Shown here one piece after another: positions 8,931-18,421 of a stretch of 64,000 nt of DNA (within the stretch, counting starts at the first letter, position 1; each line of letters begins with the position of its first letter). Origin of the DNA: Flavobacteriales bacterium (GTDB lineage: Bacteria; Bacteroidota; Bacteroidia; Flavobacteriales_C; GCA-002722245); contig JBJTOK010000038.1 of assembly GCA_046074525.1 (NCBI GenBank), positions 128,305-192,304 on the forward strand, in the 5' to 3' direction. Made by a program: the position numbers and the translations under genes. A model generated the notes under the pieces. That model saw only the letters and a list, made by a program, of their open reading frames with translations, had not been told where the DNA came from and did not search any database.

Positions 8931-10943
8931 TTACACCCTCACCTTGTTCAGTATGGCGTAATCGGCCAGAAGGAAATCACTCTTTACTTTCTTGTTTTTC
9001 TTCAGATCTTCCATATCCCCTACCAAACGCAACTGCACAGCCTGGTTAGATTGAGACAAAATGGTGTGTCCTGCATCCTTCGCTTTCACCAAAACATGGT
9101 CGTAAGTCTTCCAGGCAATGGTTATGGGTTGTTCCAACTGTATGAGATACCAGTCTTTTTCCCAGGATATCAGTTCTCTTGAGATGATTTCACCTCTCAT
9201 TGGCACTACATTTTTGAGCACACTATCGCTCCTGAAAATATTGATTTCCACATTCTGTCCCAATATCTCCGCTAGGTTGAAATAGTAAGGAGTTAAACGA
9301 TGCGTATTTTTAAGGGTCTCCCAATCCCAGAAACGGAGCGGCGCCCAGTAGTTGCGGACGACATCAAATTTGCTCAAACTGAAAGTAAGGAAAATGAGCA
9401 AAAAGGCCCCTGTTATAATGTCATCCACAAAGGTTTTATTGGCATACTGCGCGCCGTGTTCAAAGGCAATCACCATGTACTCAAACAGGAAAACAAAGGA
9501 AAGGGAATATAATAAATAATCATTGATTTCACGGGCATCATAGTGCGCTGTCGATTCAAACTTAGAGGAGTTATTGATGCAATTATTGATCATAGATGAC
9601 CACACAAACATACTCACCAGCAACTGGAAAAAAGTAAGAAAACTAAAGCTTCTCACCGATTGATTAATGAGCCAGAAATCGTACAAACCATGCAATACCG
9701 AAGCAAGTATCAATCCCGCTACAAAATTCACATACACATTGTACTTCCTGATTTTCTTGCCCAGCACAATGAAATAAGCAATCAGTGAGGTGTTGAACAT
9801 ATGTGAAACCGTTGCCGACAGTGCCCTGCCCTGAATCTTATTCAACCCACTGTGATCGAAATAAAAGATATTTTCAATGAAGGCAAAACCCAGGGCCGAA
9901 ACTGCCGCAAAAATGATGTAATCTATCGGCTCCTTAATGACTTTCCTGAGTAAGACCAATGCGATAAGAAAAGGTAATATTTTCACAATTTCTTCAACGA
10001 GTCCGATCCCAATAATACAATACATTAAATCATGCATGAGTCCGCCGTTCAGGGTAAACTGATACTCGTATTTAAGATAATCCGTGAAATAGGAAGTCAT
10101 GAACGCGAAAAGCATTCCTAAAATCAGGGTGAACACCAATGGAACACTATTGCCTTTTTGGTAAAAATCAACCTTAATAAGATACACCATCCATACCATC
10201 AGCACCAATAAAGCACCAGCAAAACCAAAGACATTAAAGCCCATAAAAAAGCGACTCACTACACTTTGCGCATAACTACCCCAATCGTGTTTTAAAAAAT
10301 AAGCTTTGCGTTTCAGAGAAACACTCAGGTGATCGGCCCCCATATTTGATTTAGCAAGAGCATACAAGGCATCCAGATTATTGGTGTACAGCTCGCCCAA
10401 ATTCTGATAGGCTCCTTCAACAAAACCATTGTTTTCCAGTTCGGTTAGATAGGCCTTTTTGGCCCTGGCTGTATCTATATAAGAAAAGAGGTTGCCGTAC
10501 AGGTAATGAAGATAAGGCAATTCACGATTTTTGACCGCTCCATAATGCGTCACGGCCTCATCATACAACCCTATTTTATTGTAGCACAAGCCGAGTCCGA
10601 AATGCCCGATGTCCAGACTCTGGATCGAATCGCTTTTGAGAAAATGGGAATAGAATTTGAAAATCTCGTCGTCATCTCTTATTTCCGGGGATGAGAACAC
10701 TCGGGTAACTTCTTTGTCGCGATCGAAATGAGCCGTAATAAACTCGTAATGGTAGTAAATATTGAAACTATCTTCCGCTATTAATTCCTTGTAAGTATTT
10801 TCCAGCTGATTGTAATCTTCCACCAGTTTATACTGTTCGGCCTGTTCCTGTAAAGATGAAAACCTGGGCTCACCAACAAAAAAGTTGACGGCCAGGAAGA
10901 GGACACCCGCAACGGGAAGGATATAAAAAAGGAAACCTTTCAT
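8931..10943 (-). CDS. PrsW-family intramembrane glutamic-type protease with N-terminal TPR-like extracytoplasmic domain and extended C-terminal region
   Basis: PrsW signature motifs in membrane core: EEIVK (LVEEIVKILP), FAFIENIFYF, HGLYDF; about 230-aa N-terminal region with TPR-like repeats after a signal-anchor; 670 aa total. Confidence 0.55.
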   Translation of the reverse strand: MKGFLFYILPVAGVLFLAVNFFVGEPRFSSLQEQAEQYKLVEDYNQLENTYKELIAEDSFNIYYHYEFITAHFDRDKEVTRVFSSPEIRDDDEIFKFYSHFLKSDSIQSLDIGHFGLGLCYNKIGLYDEAVTHYGAVKNRELPYLHYLYGNLFSYIDTARAKKAYLTELENNGFVEGAYQNLGELYTNNLDALYALAKSNMGADHLSVSLKRKAYFLKHDWGSYAQSVVSRFFMGFNVFGFAGALLVLMVWMVYLIKVDFYQKGNSVPLVFTLILGMLFAFMTSYFTDYLKYEYQFTLNGGLMHDLMYCIIGIGLVEEIVKILPFLIALVLLRKVIKEPIDYIIFAAVSALGFAFIENIFYFDHSGLNKIQGRALSATVSHMFNTSLIAYFIVLGKKIRKYNVYVNFVAGLILASVLHGLYDFWLINQSVRSFSFLTFFQLLVSMFVWSSMINNCINNSSKFESTAHYDAREINDYLLYSLSFVFLFEYMVIAFEHGAQYANKTFVDDIITGAFLLIFLTFSLSKFDVVRNYWAPLRFWDWETLKNTHRLTPYYFNLAEILGQNVEINIFRSDSVLKNVVPMRGEIISRELISWEKDWYLIQLEQPITIAWKTYDHVLVKAKDAGHTILSQSNQAVQLRLVGDMEDLKKNKKVKSDFLLADYAILNKVRV

Positions 10944-11124
10944 TCAGTTCTGACTTACGCAGGAAAACGGGAATAAGTTTAGTTAATTTATTTTACTCAA
11001 CATACCGATAAGCTAAAGTCCTTGAATTCTGCTTAGAAGATCGAAGCTGCGTGTTTTGATATTAAGAGGAGATGCACAGCTTCGGGCTTTTAAGCACAAA
11101 GCAAGAAAAAACGATAAGGATAAC

Positions 11125-11892
11125 TTAACGGATAGAACTCACAAACTTTTTTGTTGCTGCTGCAACATCCCCATCAATATTGACTGCCTTTACAAAAGCA
11201 CTGCCAATAATGGCGCCACTGGCAAAGCGATTAGCTTTCTGGTAGCTCTCCTGATTGGAAATATTAAACCCGACAATAGTTGGTGATTTCAGGTTCATTT
11301 TCTGAATGCGGGACAAGTACTCTTCTGCCCCATCAATCCCCACTTTTTTACCCGTAGTACTTGCCGATGACACGAGATAAATAAAACTATTGGAGTTTTG
11401 ATCAATAAAGCGGATGCGCTCTTCTGAAGTTTGCGGAGTAACAAGGAAAATATTCTTAAGGTTGTAGTGATCAAAGATTGTTTTGTAATCATCTAAATAC
11501 TGCTGCATGGGCAAATCTGGAATGATAATGCCATCCGCCCCTGCTTCACTGGCAGCTTTTGCAAAATTCTCAATGCCAAACTGCAACACCGGATTGATAT
11601 AACCCATCAATAAAATCGGGATTTTCACTTCTTTACGGATGTCCTTCAGCTGACTCAACAGCAACTTCAAAGTCATGCCGTTTTTGAGCGCCACCGTGCT
11701 GCTGTCCTGAATTACCGGACCATCTGCCAAGGGATCAGAAAATGGAATGCCCAGCTCAATAAAGTCAACCCCGGATGCTTCCAGGGCTTTCACAATATCA
11801 GCAGTGTCATTCAGCTTGGGAAAACCTGCTGTAATGAAAATAGAAAGTATGTTGTTTTTCTTTTGCTGAAAAAGAGAATCTAAACGGTTCAT
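11125..11892 (-). CDS. trpA: Tryptophan synthase alpha chain
   Basis: Full-length TrpA homology ([19 protein letters not shown]); ATG overlaps trpB stop (ATGA). Confidence 0.95.
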   Translation of the reverse strand: MNRLDSLFQQKKNNILSIFITAGFPKLNDTADIVKALEASGVDFIELGIPFSDPLADGPVIQDSSTVALKNGMTLKLLLSQLKDIRKEVKIPILLMGYINPVLQFGIENFAKAASEAGADGIIIPDLPMQQYLDDYKTIFDHYNLKNIFLVTPQTSEERIRFIDQNSNSFIYLVSSASTTGKKVGIDGAEEYLSRIQKMNLKSPTIVGFNISNQESYQKANRFASGAIIGSAFVKAVNIDGDVAAATKKFVSSIR

Positions 11893-13103
11893 TGCTTGTT
11901 GTTCTTATCGAAATATTGAATGTAGGTAGCCAGATCTTTATCGCCTCTTCCCGACAAATTAACTACCACCACATCGTCCTTTTTAAACTTTGCTTTTTTG
12001 AGATATGCCAGGGCATGCGCCGATTCCAGCGCTGGAATAATCCCTTCCAATCTGCAGAGCTCAAACCCTGCTTCCACCGATTCATCATCTGTAGCAGAAG
12101 CAAAAGTCCCTCTGCCCGATTTGAACAGATGCGCGTGTACCGGACCGATTCCCGGATAATCCAATCCGGCAGAAATGGAATGCGGCTCCACAATCTGACC
12201 ATCTTCGGTTTGCATCAGCAGAGTTCTGCTGGCATGGATGACGCCTTCAGTTCCTCTTGCTGTAGTTGCCGCAGTTTTATCTGTATTTACGCCATGTCCC
12301 GCTGCTTCCACTGCTACCAACTGCACTTTGGTATTATCCAGGAAATGATAAAAAGCCCCGGCAGCATTACTGCCTCCGCCCACACAAGCCACCACCACAT
12401 CGGGATAATCCCTTACTTCTTTTTCCTTGAGTTGTTCCTTGATTTCTTCGCTGATTACCGATTGCAAACGCGCCACCAGATCAGGATAAGGATGCGGTCC
12501 TACAACCGATCCGATTATGTAATGCGTATCCACGGGATTGTTGATCCAATCGCGGATGGCTTCGTTAGTAGCATCTTTAAGTGTTTTGCTACCGCTCTCT
12601 GCCGCTACTACTTTAGCGCCCAGCATCATCATACGCTTTACATTGGGTTCCTGACGCTTGATATCTACAGCACCCATGTATACCACACACTCCATATTCA
12701 TGAGCGCACAAACCGTAGCTGTAGCCACACCGTGCTGACCCGCGCCGGTTTCGGCAATAATGCGTTTTTTACCCAATTCCCTGGCCAGTAAAATCTGACC
12801 GATGGTATTGTTTACTTTGTGTGCTCCTGTATGATTCAAATCCTCTCTTTTGAGATAGATTTTAGCACCGTATTTTTCTGATAGTCTTTTCGCGTGGTAC
12901 AGCGGAGAAGGTCTGCCAACATAATCCTTCAGCAATCCTCGGAATTCTTTCTGGAAAGATTCCGAATTAAGGATGCGCAGATAATTATCTTCCAGCTCCT
13001 TCACATTTGGGTACAGCATTTCAGGGATATAAGCTCCCCCGAAATTTCCATAAAACCCTTTTTGATTTACACTATACGGCGAATATCCGATTGGCTCATT
13101 CAT
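11889..13103 (-). CDS. trpB: Tryptophan synthase beta chain
   Basis: PLP-enzyme TrpB motifs ([17 protein letters not shown]). Proposed start ATG 13103 ([10 protein letters not shown]...) forms ATGA overlap with trpF stop; track gives longer 13139 start. Confidence 0.93.
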   Translation of the reverse strand: MNEPIGYSPYSVNQKGFYGNFGGAYIPEMLYPNVKELEDNYLRILNSESFQKEFRGLLKDYVGRPSPLYHAKRLSEKYGAKIYLKREDLNHTGAHKVNNTIGQILLARELGKKRIIAETGAGQHGVATATVCALMNMECVVYMGAVDIKRQEPNVKRMMMLGAKVVAAESGSKTLKDATNEAIRDWINNPVDTHYIIGSVVGPHPYPDLVARLQSVISEEIKEQLKEKEVRDYPDVVVACVGGGSNAAGAFYHFLDNTKVQLVAVEAAGHGVNTDKTAATTARGTEGVIHASRTLLMQTEDGQIVEPHSISAGLDYPGIGPVHAHLFKSGRGTFASATDDESVEAGFELCRLEGIIPALESAHALAYLKKAKFKKDDVVVVNLSGRGDKDLATYIQYFDKNNKQ

Positions 13104-13732
13104 AATTTTAACGTTTCCAGGAAGGCCTCTATCAGCCACACATCTTTCAAGCCTGGTTCTTCTTCAAACTTACTGTTCAGATCTACCACCTTAACGAATT
13201 TATAAGGAAGTTTCTTGATTAAAGTACCATCGTGGGGAGTGATTCCTCCACTAAGGAACACAGGCACTTTTAATTTATATTTTTTCAATAATTTCCAATC
13301 AAATTTCTCACCTGATCCGCCGCCACCTTTGGTTTTATTGTCGAAAAGGAAATAATCCACATCCTTTTCATATTTCTTCAGTTTCTCCCAATCAAATTTC
13401 GGTTCGATCCCGAAAGCCTTGATCACCTTGGCTTTCTTCCTTATCGCCTTACAGAAAGCAGGAGTTTCCTTGCCATGCAGCTGAACGTAACCAAGCTCCA
13501 AATCCTCTATATCTTCCAAGATGGTTTCCTGGTCTTCATCCACATACACTCCCACTTTGTTCACGCGACCGGTCAATGACTTAATGAAATTGGCATCCAC
13601 ATCGTCGCCCACATAACGCTTCGACTCTTCATAGAAGATAAAACCAATAAAATCAACACCCAATGCAATTACATCATTGATGTTCTTCGGGTCGGTCATC
13701 CCGCAAACCTTTACATAAAATCTATCTTCCAT
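13100..13732 (-). CDS. trpF: Phosphoribosylanthranilate isomerase
   Basis: TrpF (beta/alpha)8 pattern (VKVCGMT...QLHG...); position between trpC and trpB. Confidence 0.88.
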   Translation of the reverse strand: MEDRFYVKVCGMTDPKNINDVIALGVDFIGFIFYEESKRYVGDDVDANFIKSLTGRVNKVGVYVDEDQETILEDIEDLELGYVQLHGKETPAFCKAIRKKAKVIKAFGIEPKFDWEKLKKYEKDVDYFLFDNKTKGGGGSGEKFDWKLLKKYKLKVPVFLSGGITPHDGTLIKKLPYKFVKVVDLNSKFEEEPGLKDVWLIEAFLETLKL

Positions 13733-14513
13733 TGTTCAATGCTTCAATAAATTGTTTACACGCCTTGCCGGGATCCGGCTGCTTCATAAAATTTTCACCT
13801 ATTAAAAACCCTTGATATCCCACATTTTTCAAGCGTTTTATGGTTTCAATACTGTCGATTCCGCTTTCGCTGATTTTTAAAAATTCGTTAGGAATTTCGT
13901 TAAACAGGTCTACGGAAGTCTGAATATCGACCCTGAATGTATTAAGATTTCTGTTATTTACACCAACTGCATCCACAAATTCATTAATAAATTTCAGTTC
14001 GTCTTTATCGTGAACTTCCAGGAGCACATTCAAACCCAAAGCCTTCGCGGCTTTCGCGAGTCTTTTACACTGGGTAACTTCCAGGTTGGCGGCAATAAGG
14101 AGAATGATATCGGCACCGATGGATTTGGCTTCTAAAAGTTGGTATTCGTCAATAATAAAATCTTTTCTCAGGATAGGAATTTCGTTCACCCTCCTGGCGG
14201 CGAGGAGATTGTCGTTAGAACCACCAAAAAACTGTTTGTCGGTCAATACCGACAAGGCCGATGCTCCCGCTTCATTATAACCTTTAGTAGTACTTGCCGG
14301 ATCAGCATTCGCATTAATACTTCCCTTCGACGGCGACTTGGTTTTGAATTCAGCAATGATTCCCGAGCGGTCTTTCGCCAGCAGGAAATCCTTAAACGAC
14401 AATACCTTTCTTCCGAAAAATTCACGCGCTTCAAGGTCCATGATGGAATACTGCTCCTTCAGCAGGGCCACTTCCTTCTTTTTATTGGCAATTATTTCGT
14501 CGAGAATGGTCAT
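13722..14513 (-). CDS. trpC: Indole-3-glycerol phosphate synthase
   Basis: IGPS motifs (ILRKDFIIDEYQ, SVLTD); overlaps trpF start by 11 nt. Confidence 0.9.
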   Translation of the reverse strand: MTILDEIIANKKKEVALLKEQYSIMDLEAREFFGRKVLSFKDFLLAKDRSGIIAEFKTKSPSKGSINANADPASTTKGYNEAGASALSVLTDKQFFGGSNDNLLAARRVNEIPILRKDFIIDEYQLLEAKSIGADIILLIAANLEVTQCKRLAKAAKALGLNVLLEVHDKDELKFINEFVDAVGVNNRNLNTFRVDIQTSVDLFNEIPNEFLKISESGIDSIETIKRLKNVGYQGFLIGENFMKQPDPGKACKQFIEALNNGR

Positions 14514-14514
14514 T

Positions 14515-15510
14515 TTATCCTTTGTTGATTTCTAATAATTTTTTCAATACTGAGGCTGCTTTTCCGGATGCCAGAATTTCCTTTGCTTCAGCTATTCCCG
14601 CTTCAAAAGAGATGTCTTTTCCTATGCTGATGGCGAGGCCGGCATTGGCGGCAATTACTTCGTTTTGGGCTTTGCTTCCCTGGCCGGAAATAATTGATAT
14701 TAAAATTTTCGCGGCTTCCTCTACTGTTTCCCCTCCGTCGATTTCGGATTGCTTTGTTTGCGTAAAACCCAAATCCTTTGGAGAATAAACTTTTTCGCCA
14801 CTTTTTTGAACCACCAGGAAATCGCCTGTCAATGAAATTTCATCATAAACATCCAAAGAAAAAGCAATGGCATAATTCTCTGTAGCCTGATCCAGCACAT
14901 ATTTGTACAAGGGGAGAATTTCTTTAGAATAAACACCTGTTAATTGTTTATTGGGTTTTGAAGGATTTACCAATGGTCCCAATAAATTAAAAAAAGTTTT
15001 CATTCCCAATTCCTTTCTTATTGGAGCAACATGCTTCATTGCAGGATGAAAAAGTGGAGCATGTAAAAAAGTAATTCCCGCTTTATCCAATTCCTTTTTC
15101 AGCTGATCGGTATTGTTGGTGAATTTATAACCTAAAGATTCTATCACATTGGAAGACCCCACTGCTGAAGAAACTCCGTAGTTCCCATGCTTCGCTACTT
15201 TCACACTTGAAGCAGCCAACACCAGCGAAGAAATAGTAGACACATTAAAAGTATTTTTTCCATCGCCGCCTGTTCCACACATATCCATAGTATCAAAATC
15301 CGAAAAATCAACAGGAATACTCAATTCGAGCAAAGCATTTCTAAAACCTAAAAGCTCTTGTGGAGCTATTCCTCTGTACATAAAAACTGTAATAAAAGAA
15401 GTCATCATTGATTGATTGACCTCTCCTCTACCAATATGAAACATAGCCTCCTCAGCTTCTTCTTTAGTAAGCTGATTATTATTTATTACGTATTGTAAAA
15501 GTTCTTTCAT
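14515..15510 (-). CDS. trpD: Anthranilate phosphoribosyltransferase
   Basis: GTGGDG motif (MCGTGGDGKNTFNVST), full-length homology. Confidence 0.9.
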   Translation of the reverse strand: MKELLQYVINNNQLTKEEAEEAMFHIGRGEVNQSMMTSFITVFMYRGIAPQELLGFRNALLELSIPVDFSDFDTMDMCGTGGDGKNTFNVSTISSLVLAASSVKVAKHGNYGVSSAVGSSNVIESLGYKFTNNTDQLKKELDKAGITFLHAPLFHPAMKHVAPIRKELGMKTFFNLLGPLVNPSKPNKQLTGVYSKEILPLYKYVLDQATENYAIAFSLDVYDEISLTGDFLVVQKSGEKVYSPKDLGFTQTKQSEIDGGETVEEAAKILISIISGQGSKAQNEVIAANAGLAISIGKDISFEAGIAEAKEILASGKAASVLKKLLEINKG

Positions 15511-15523
15511 CTTTTCTCGAGTA

Positions 15524-15598
15524 TGTCATCCTGAGGGTACTCCCGAAGGACCTATCGCCCATCACATTAGGTCTTTCGGGAGTACCCTCAAGATGACA
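15524..15598 (-). repeat. Near-perfect inverted repeat (29-bp arms, 17-nt loop) occupying the trpG-trpD intergenic spacer
   Basis: Left arm 15524..15552 tgtcatcctgagggtactcccgaaggacc; right arm 15570..15598 ggtctttcgggagtaccctcaagatgaca; only two mismatches and both are G:U-compatible in RNA. Ends 13 nt before trpD ATG; no U-tract after it. Confidence 0.6.
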
Positions 15599-15634
15599 AA
15601 TGTGGTTTAGGGCCGCTAAGTATCAAAATTTAAT

Positions 15635-16201
15635 TCAATTCTCCAACCAATTCTTCATTATTTCCAATCCGTGCTCCGTCAACACAGATTCGGGGTGGTA
15701 TTGCACGCCCACTACATTGTATTTTTTGTGGCGGATGGACATGATACTGCCCTTGTCGTCAACGCCAGTTACTTCTATCTCCGGAGTTAGCGTATCCTCC
15801 TTGATCTGCCATGAATGGTAGCGACCAACGGAGAAGGTTTCCGGTAAGCCTTTGTAAATGACATCATTTTTGGTGATGGTCATCGGCGTGGCAATGCCGT
15901 GCAATACTTTGTCCATGTTTTCCAGCTGACAGCCATATACTTCGCCGATGGCCTGGTGGCCGAGACACACGCCCAAAATGGATTTTTTAGGGCCATATTC
16001 CTTAATCACCTCCAGCAAAATCCCGGCTTCACTTGGAATTCCCGGTCCCGGTGACAACAGGATTTTGTCGTATTTATTGATGTCGGCCAAAGCGATTTTA
16101 TCGTTTCTAAACACATCCACATCCTTATATCCCAACTGTTTCACGTAATGAACGAGATTGTAGGTAAAGGAATCGTAATTATCGAATACTAATATTTTCA
16201 T
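15635..16201 (-). CDS. trpG: Anthranilate synthase component II (glutamine amidotransferase)
   Basis: Class-I GATase triad context (VLGVCLGHQAI, H-PE), size 188 aa, adjacent to trpE. Confidence 0.9.
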   Translation of the reverse strand: MKILVFDNYDSFTYNLVHYVKQLGYKDVDVFRNDKIALADINKYDKILLSPGPGIPSEAGILLEVIKEYGPKKSILGVCLGHQAIGEVYGCQLENMDKVLHGIATPMTITKNDVIYKGLPETFSVGRYHSWQIKEDTLTPEIEVTGVDDKGSIMSIRHKKYNVVGVQYHPESVLTEHGLEIMKNWLEN

Positions 16202-16213
16202 TATGCTTTTTCT

Positions 16214-17629
16214 TTAAACTAATTCTTCTGCTAATTCCAGCGCCCTGTGCAAGGCAGCCAGTTTGTTATACACTTCCTGTTTTTCGCTTTCATTCACCGA
16301 TAAATCAACAATTCCAGCCCCGGCCTGATAGAACAAAGTTTTGTTCTTGCTAAGGAAAGAACGGATGATGATGGCATGATTGAAATCGCCGTTAAAACCA
16401 ATAAAACCTATGCAGCCACCATAAATACCACGCTGATTTTTCTCGTAGCGGTTGATGAGTTGCAAGGCCATGTGCTTAGGCGCTCCCGAGAGTGTTCCCG
16501 CCGGGAAAGTATCGGCTACAATGCGTAATTTATTGGTGCCTTCCTGGATTTTACCGGTTACTTTCGACACCAAATGAATCACATGCGAGTAGTATTGCAC
16601 TTCTTTGTAAGTCTCTACCGTTACCTTTTCCGAGCTGCGGCTCAAATCGTTGCGGGCGAGGTCCACCAGCATTACGTGCTCCGAATTTTCTTTCGGATCG
16701 GCCATGAGCTGGCGCGCCAGTTCAGCATCTTTTTCATCATCGCCGGTGCGGCGGAAAGTACCGGCAATCGGGTAAATCGTAGCGTCATTATTATGAATAA
16801 CAATTTGCGCTTCGGGCGATGAACCGAAGATCTTATAAGTTCCATAATCAAAGTAAAACAAGTAGGGCGAAGGATTCACCGAACGCAAAGCGCGGTACAA
16901 AGTGAAATCGTCACCTTCAAATTTCTGGGAAAACTCACGCGACAATACCAGCTGAAAAACATCGCCACGGCGGCAGTGCTGCTTGGCTTTTTCAATCACG
17001 TCAAGGTAAGTCTCGTCGGTAAAATTACTTTCCTGCTCACCTTTTTTCCTGAACGAAGCCGAAGGAGATGACGTTTGCTGAATGAGTTCCATGATCTGCT
17101 CTATCGGCACCACATTGGTTCCCGACTCCTCGCAGTGGTGTTCAAACAAATAAAGTTCGTTGCGGAAATGGTTGATGGCAATGATATTCTGGAAGATGAA
17201 ATAGTGCATATCCGGCACTTTCTTTTCGTCTTTTTCCTTGTAATCGAAATCGATGTCCTCAAAATGCCTTACTCCTTCAAAGCTGGTAAAACCAAAGAGT
17301 CCGTTGTTGATGAACTTGAATTCATTGGCATCGGGAACGAAAGAATCAATGAAGTTTTTCATTTCCTCCACTACATCGGTTTTATCGGTGTCTTTCATGG
17401 AGAAAGTACCATCGGGAAAAACCGAGGTAATCTTTCCGTCTTCCACTTTGTAGGAAGCCATGGGATTAAAACAGATAAAAGAGTGGCTGTCTTTGTTGCC
17501 GTGGTAATCAGAACTTTCCAGGAGGAAGCTGTTTTGGAAGCGCTTCCTGATATTTAAGTAAATGCTCACCGGAGTAATCGTGTCGGCCAGCAGTTTCTTG
17601 TACTTGGTGGTAATTTTAAACTTTTGCAT
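16214..17629 (-). CDS. trpE: Anthranilate synthase component I
   Basis: Chorismate-binding enzyme motifs (GAGIVDLSVNESE..., LSGAPK); ATG at 17629. Confidence 0.95.
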   Translation of the reverse strand: MQKFKITTKYKKLLADTITPVSIYLNIRKRFQNSFLLESSDYHGNKDSHSFICFNPMASYKVEDGKITSVFPDGTFSMKDTDKTDVVEEMKNFIDSFVPDANEFKFINNGLFGFTSFEGVRHFEDIDFDYKEKDEKKVPDMHYFIFQNIIAINHFRNELYLFEHHCEESGTNVVPIEQIMELIQQTSSPSASFRKKGEQESNFTDETYLDVIEKAKQHCRRGDVFQLVLSREFSQKFEGDDFTLYRALRSVNPSPYLFYFDYGTYKIFGSSPEAQIVIHNNDATIYPIAGTFRRTGDDEKDAELARQLMADPKENSEHVMLVDLARNDLSRSSEKVTVETYKEVQYYSHVIHLVSKVTGKIQEGTNKLRIVADTFPAGTLSGAPKHMALQLINRYEKNQRGIYGGCIGFIGFNGDFNHAIIIRSFLSKNKTLFYQAGAGIVDLSVNESEKQEVYNKLAALHRALELAEELV

Positions 17630-17666
17630 TTTTTTGAATTAACGTGGTAAAAATAATTTTTTTTGG

Positions 17667-17697
17667 AAAACAAAAAAGCCCCGCTGGGAAGCGAGGC
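17667..17697 (-). terminator. Intrinsic terminator hairpin of putative trp attenuator (between leader peptide and trpE)
   Basis: Minus strand reads GCCUCGC-UUCCCA-GCGGGGC followed by UUUUUUGUUUU (plus coords hairpin 17678..17697, A-run 17667..17677); 37 nt upstream of trpE ATG. Confidence 0.55.
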
Positions 17698-17723
17698 TTA
17701 TATATATTTTAAAGCGCAACGAT

Positions 17724-17783
17724 TCACAGCCAAACAGACTCTGAAACTTGCCAACGCCAATTATTTCTTTGTAAAATGATCAT
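17724..17783 (-). CDS. trpL: Putative trp leader peptide (19 aa, 3 Trp codons)
   Basis: Minus-strand ORF ATG ATC ATT TTA CAA AGA AAT AAT TGG CGT TGG CAA GTT TCA GAG TCT GTT TGG CTG TGA = MIILQRNNWRWQVSESVWL*; Trp codons clustered (W-R-W), stop 26 nt before terminator hairpin. Too short for the ORF track. Confidence 0.5.
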   Translation of the reverse strand: MIILQRNNWRWQVSESVWL

Positions 17784-17814
17784 GAACCAAAGCTAAGGCA
17801 CAAATCAGCAAAAT

Positions 17815-17822
17815 CAAAAATA
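17815..17822 (-). promoter_or_regulatory. Candidate Bacteroidota-type -7 promoter box (TAttTTTG) for the trpL-trp operon transcript
   Basis: Minus strand TATTTTTG matches the TAnnTTTG -7 consensus of Bacteroidota sigmaA promoters, 31 nt upstream of leader ATG; an upstream TTG lies 16 nt away, which is shorter than optimal spacing. Confidence 0.2.
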
Positions 17823-17911
17823 TTTTTCAATTTTCTTGCAAAACACCTGTATTTACTGGCTTTCCGAAACCTAAATTCCGAAAGTCCGTTATGCAATAAA
17901 ACAGCAAAACC

Positions 17912-18412
17912 ATGATAACACTGACTCCCAAACAGGAAAAACTGAAAAGCAGAATGCTCAATCCTTTTGTGTTTTTCCTTTTCACTTTGTTTAAAGTGCC
18001 GGCGGTAGCCATTGCAGGAATACGTGTAAAAACGCTGGATGCCGGGAAATGCACGGTGACCGTTCCGTTTAAGTTTCTTAATAAAAATCCTTTTCAATCA
18101 ATGTACTTCGCCGTGCAAGCAATGGCTGCCGAGATATCCACCGCTATTCCGGCGATGCTCGCCATTGAAAAGCACGACGTTTCTTTTGCCATGCTGGTAG
18201 TAAAAACGGAAGCTGAATTTTTTAAGAAGGGAATCTCAAAAATCACTTTTGTTTGTGAAGACGGGAAAGCTTTTGCTGAAGCATTGGAGAAAAGCATTGC
18301 CACCAAAGAACCGGTTACCGTGAAAGCCAAAACCCTTGGAACAATGGCCGACGGGACGGTGGTTTCGGAGTTTTATTTTACGTGGTCGTTTAAGGCGAGG
18401 GAGAAGAAATAG
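17912..18412 (+). CDS. DUF4442-like hotdog-fold (thioesterase-like) protein
   Basis: Size and sequence pattern (LNPFVFFLFTLFKVP...AIAG...SMYFAVQAMAAE) typical of DUF4442/YiiD C-terminal family; divergent from trp leader. Confidence 0.45.
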   Translation: MITLTPKQEKLKSRMLNPFVFFLFTLFKVPAVAIAGIRVKTLDAGKCTVTVPFKFLNKNPFQSMYFAVQAMAAEISTAIPAMLAIEKHDVSFAMLVVKTEAEFFKKGISKITFVCEDGKAFAEALEKSIATKEPVTVKAKTLGTMADGTVVSEFYFTWSFKAREKK

Positions 18413-18421
18413 GTTTTTGAA

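Noticed and set aside
10944-11124. Palindrome gaagctg...cagcttc followed by GGGCTTTT between trpA end and the PrsW-like gene start
   Set aside because: A 7-bp stem with a 27-nt loop and a T-tract on the + strand only (the wrong strand for terminating the minus-strand trp operon). Too weak to call a terminator or regulatory site.
11892-12791. 299-aa + strand ORF inside trpB
   Set aside because: Antisense to an unequivocal TrpB coding sequence; His/Cys/Ser-rich composition typical of a GC-skewed shadow frame.
17780-18097. 105-aa minus-strand ORF upstream of the trp leader
   Set aside because: Overlaps the better-supported DUF4442-like gene (17912..18412, +) on the opposite strand and has Arg/Lys-rich, low-complexity composition. 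It also spans the promoter region of the trp operon. Its TGA/ATG overlap with the leader ORF is probably incidental.
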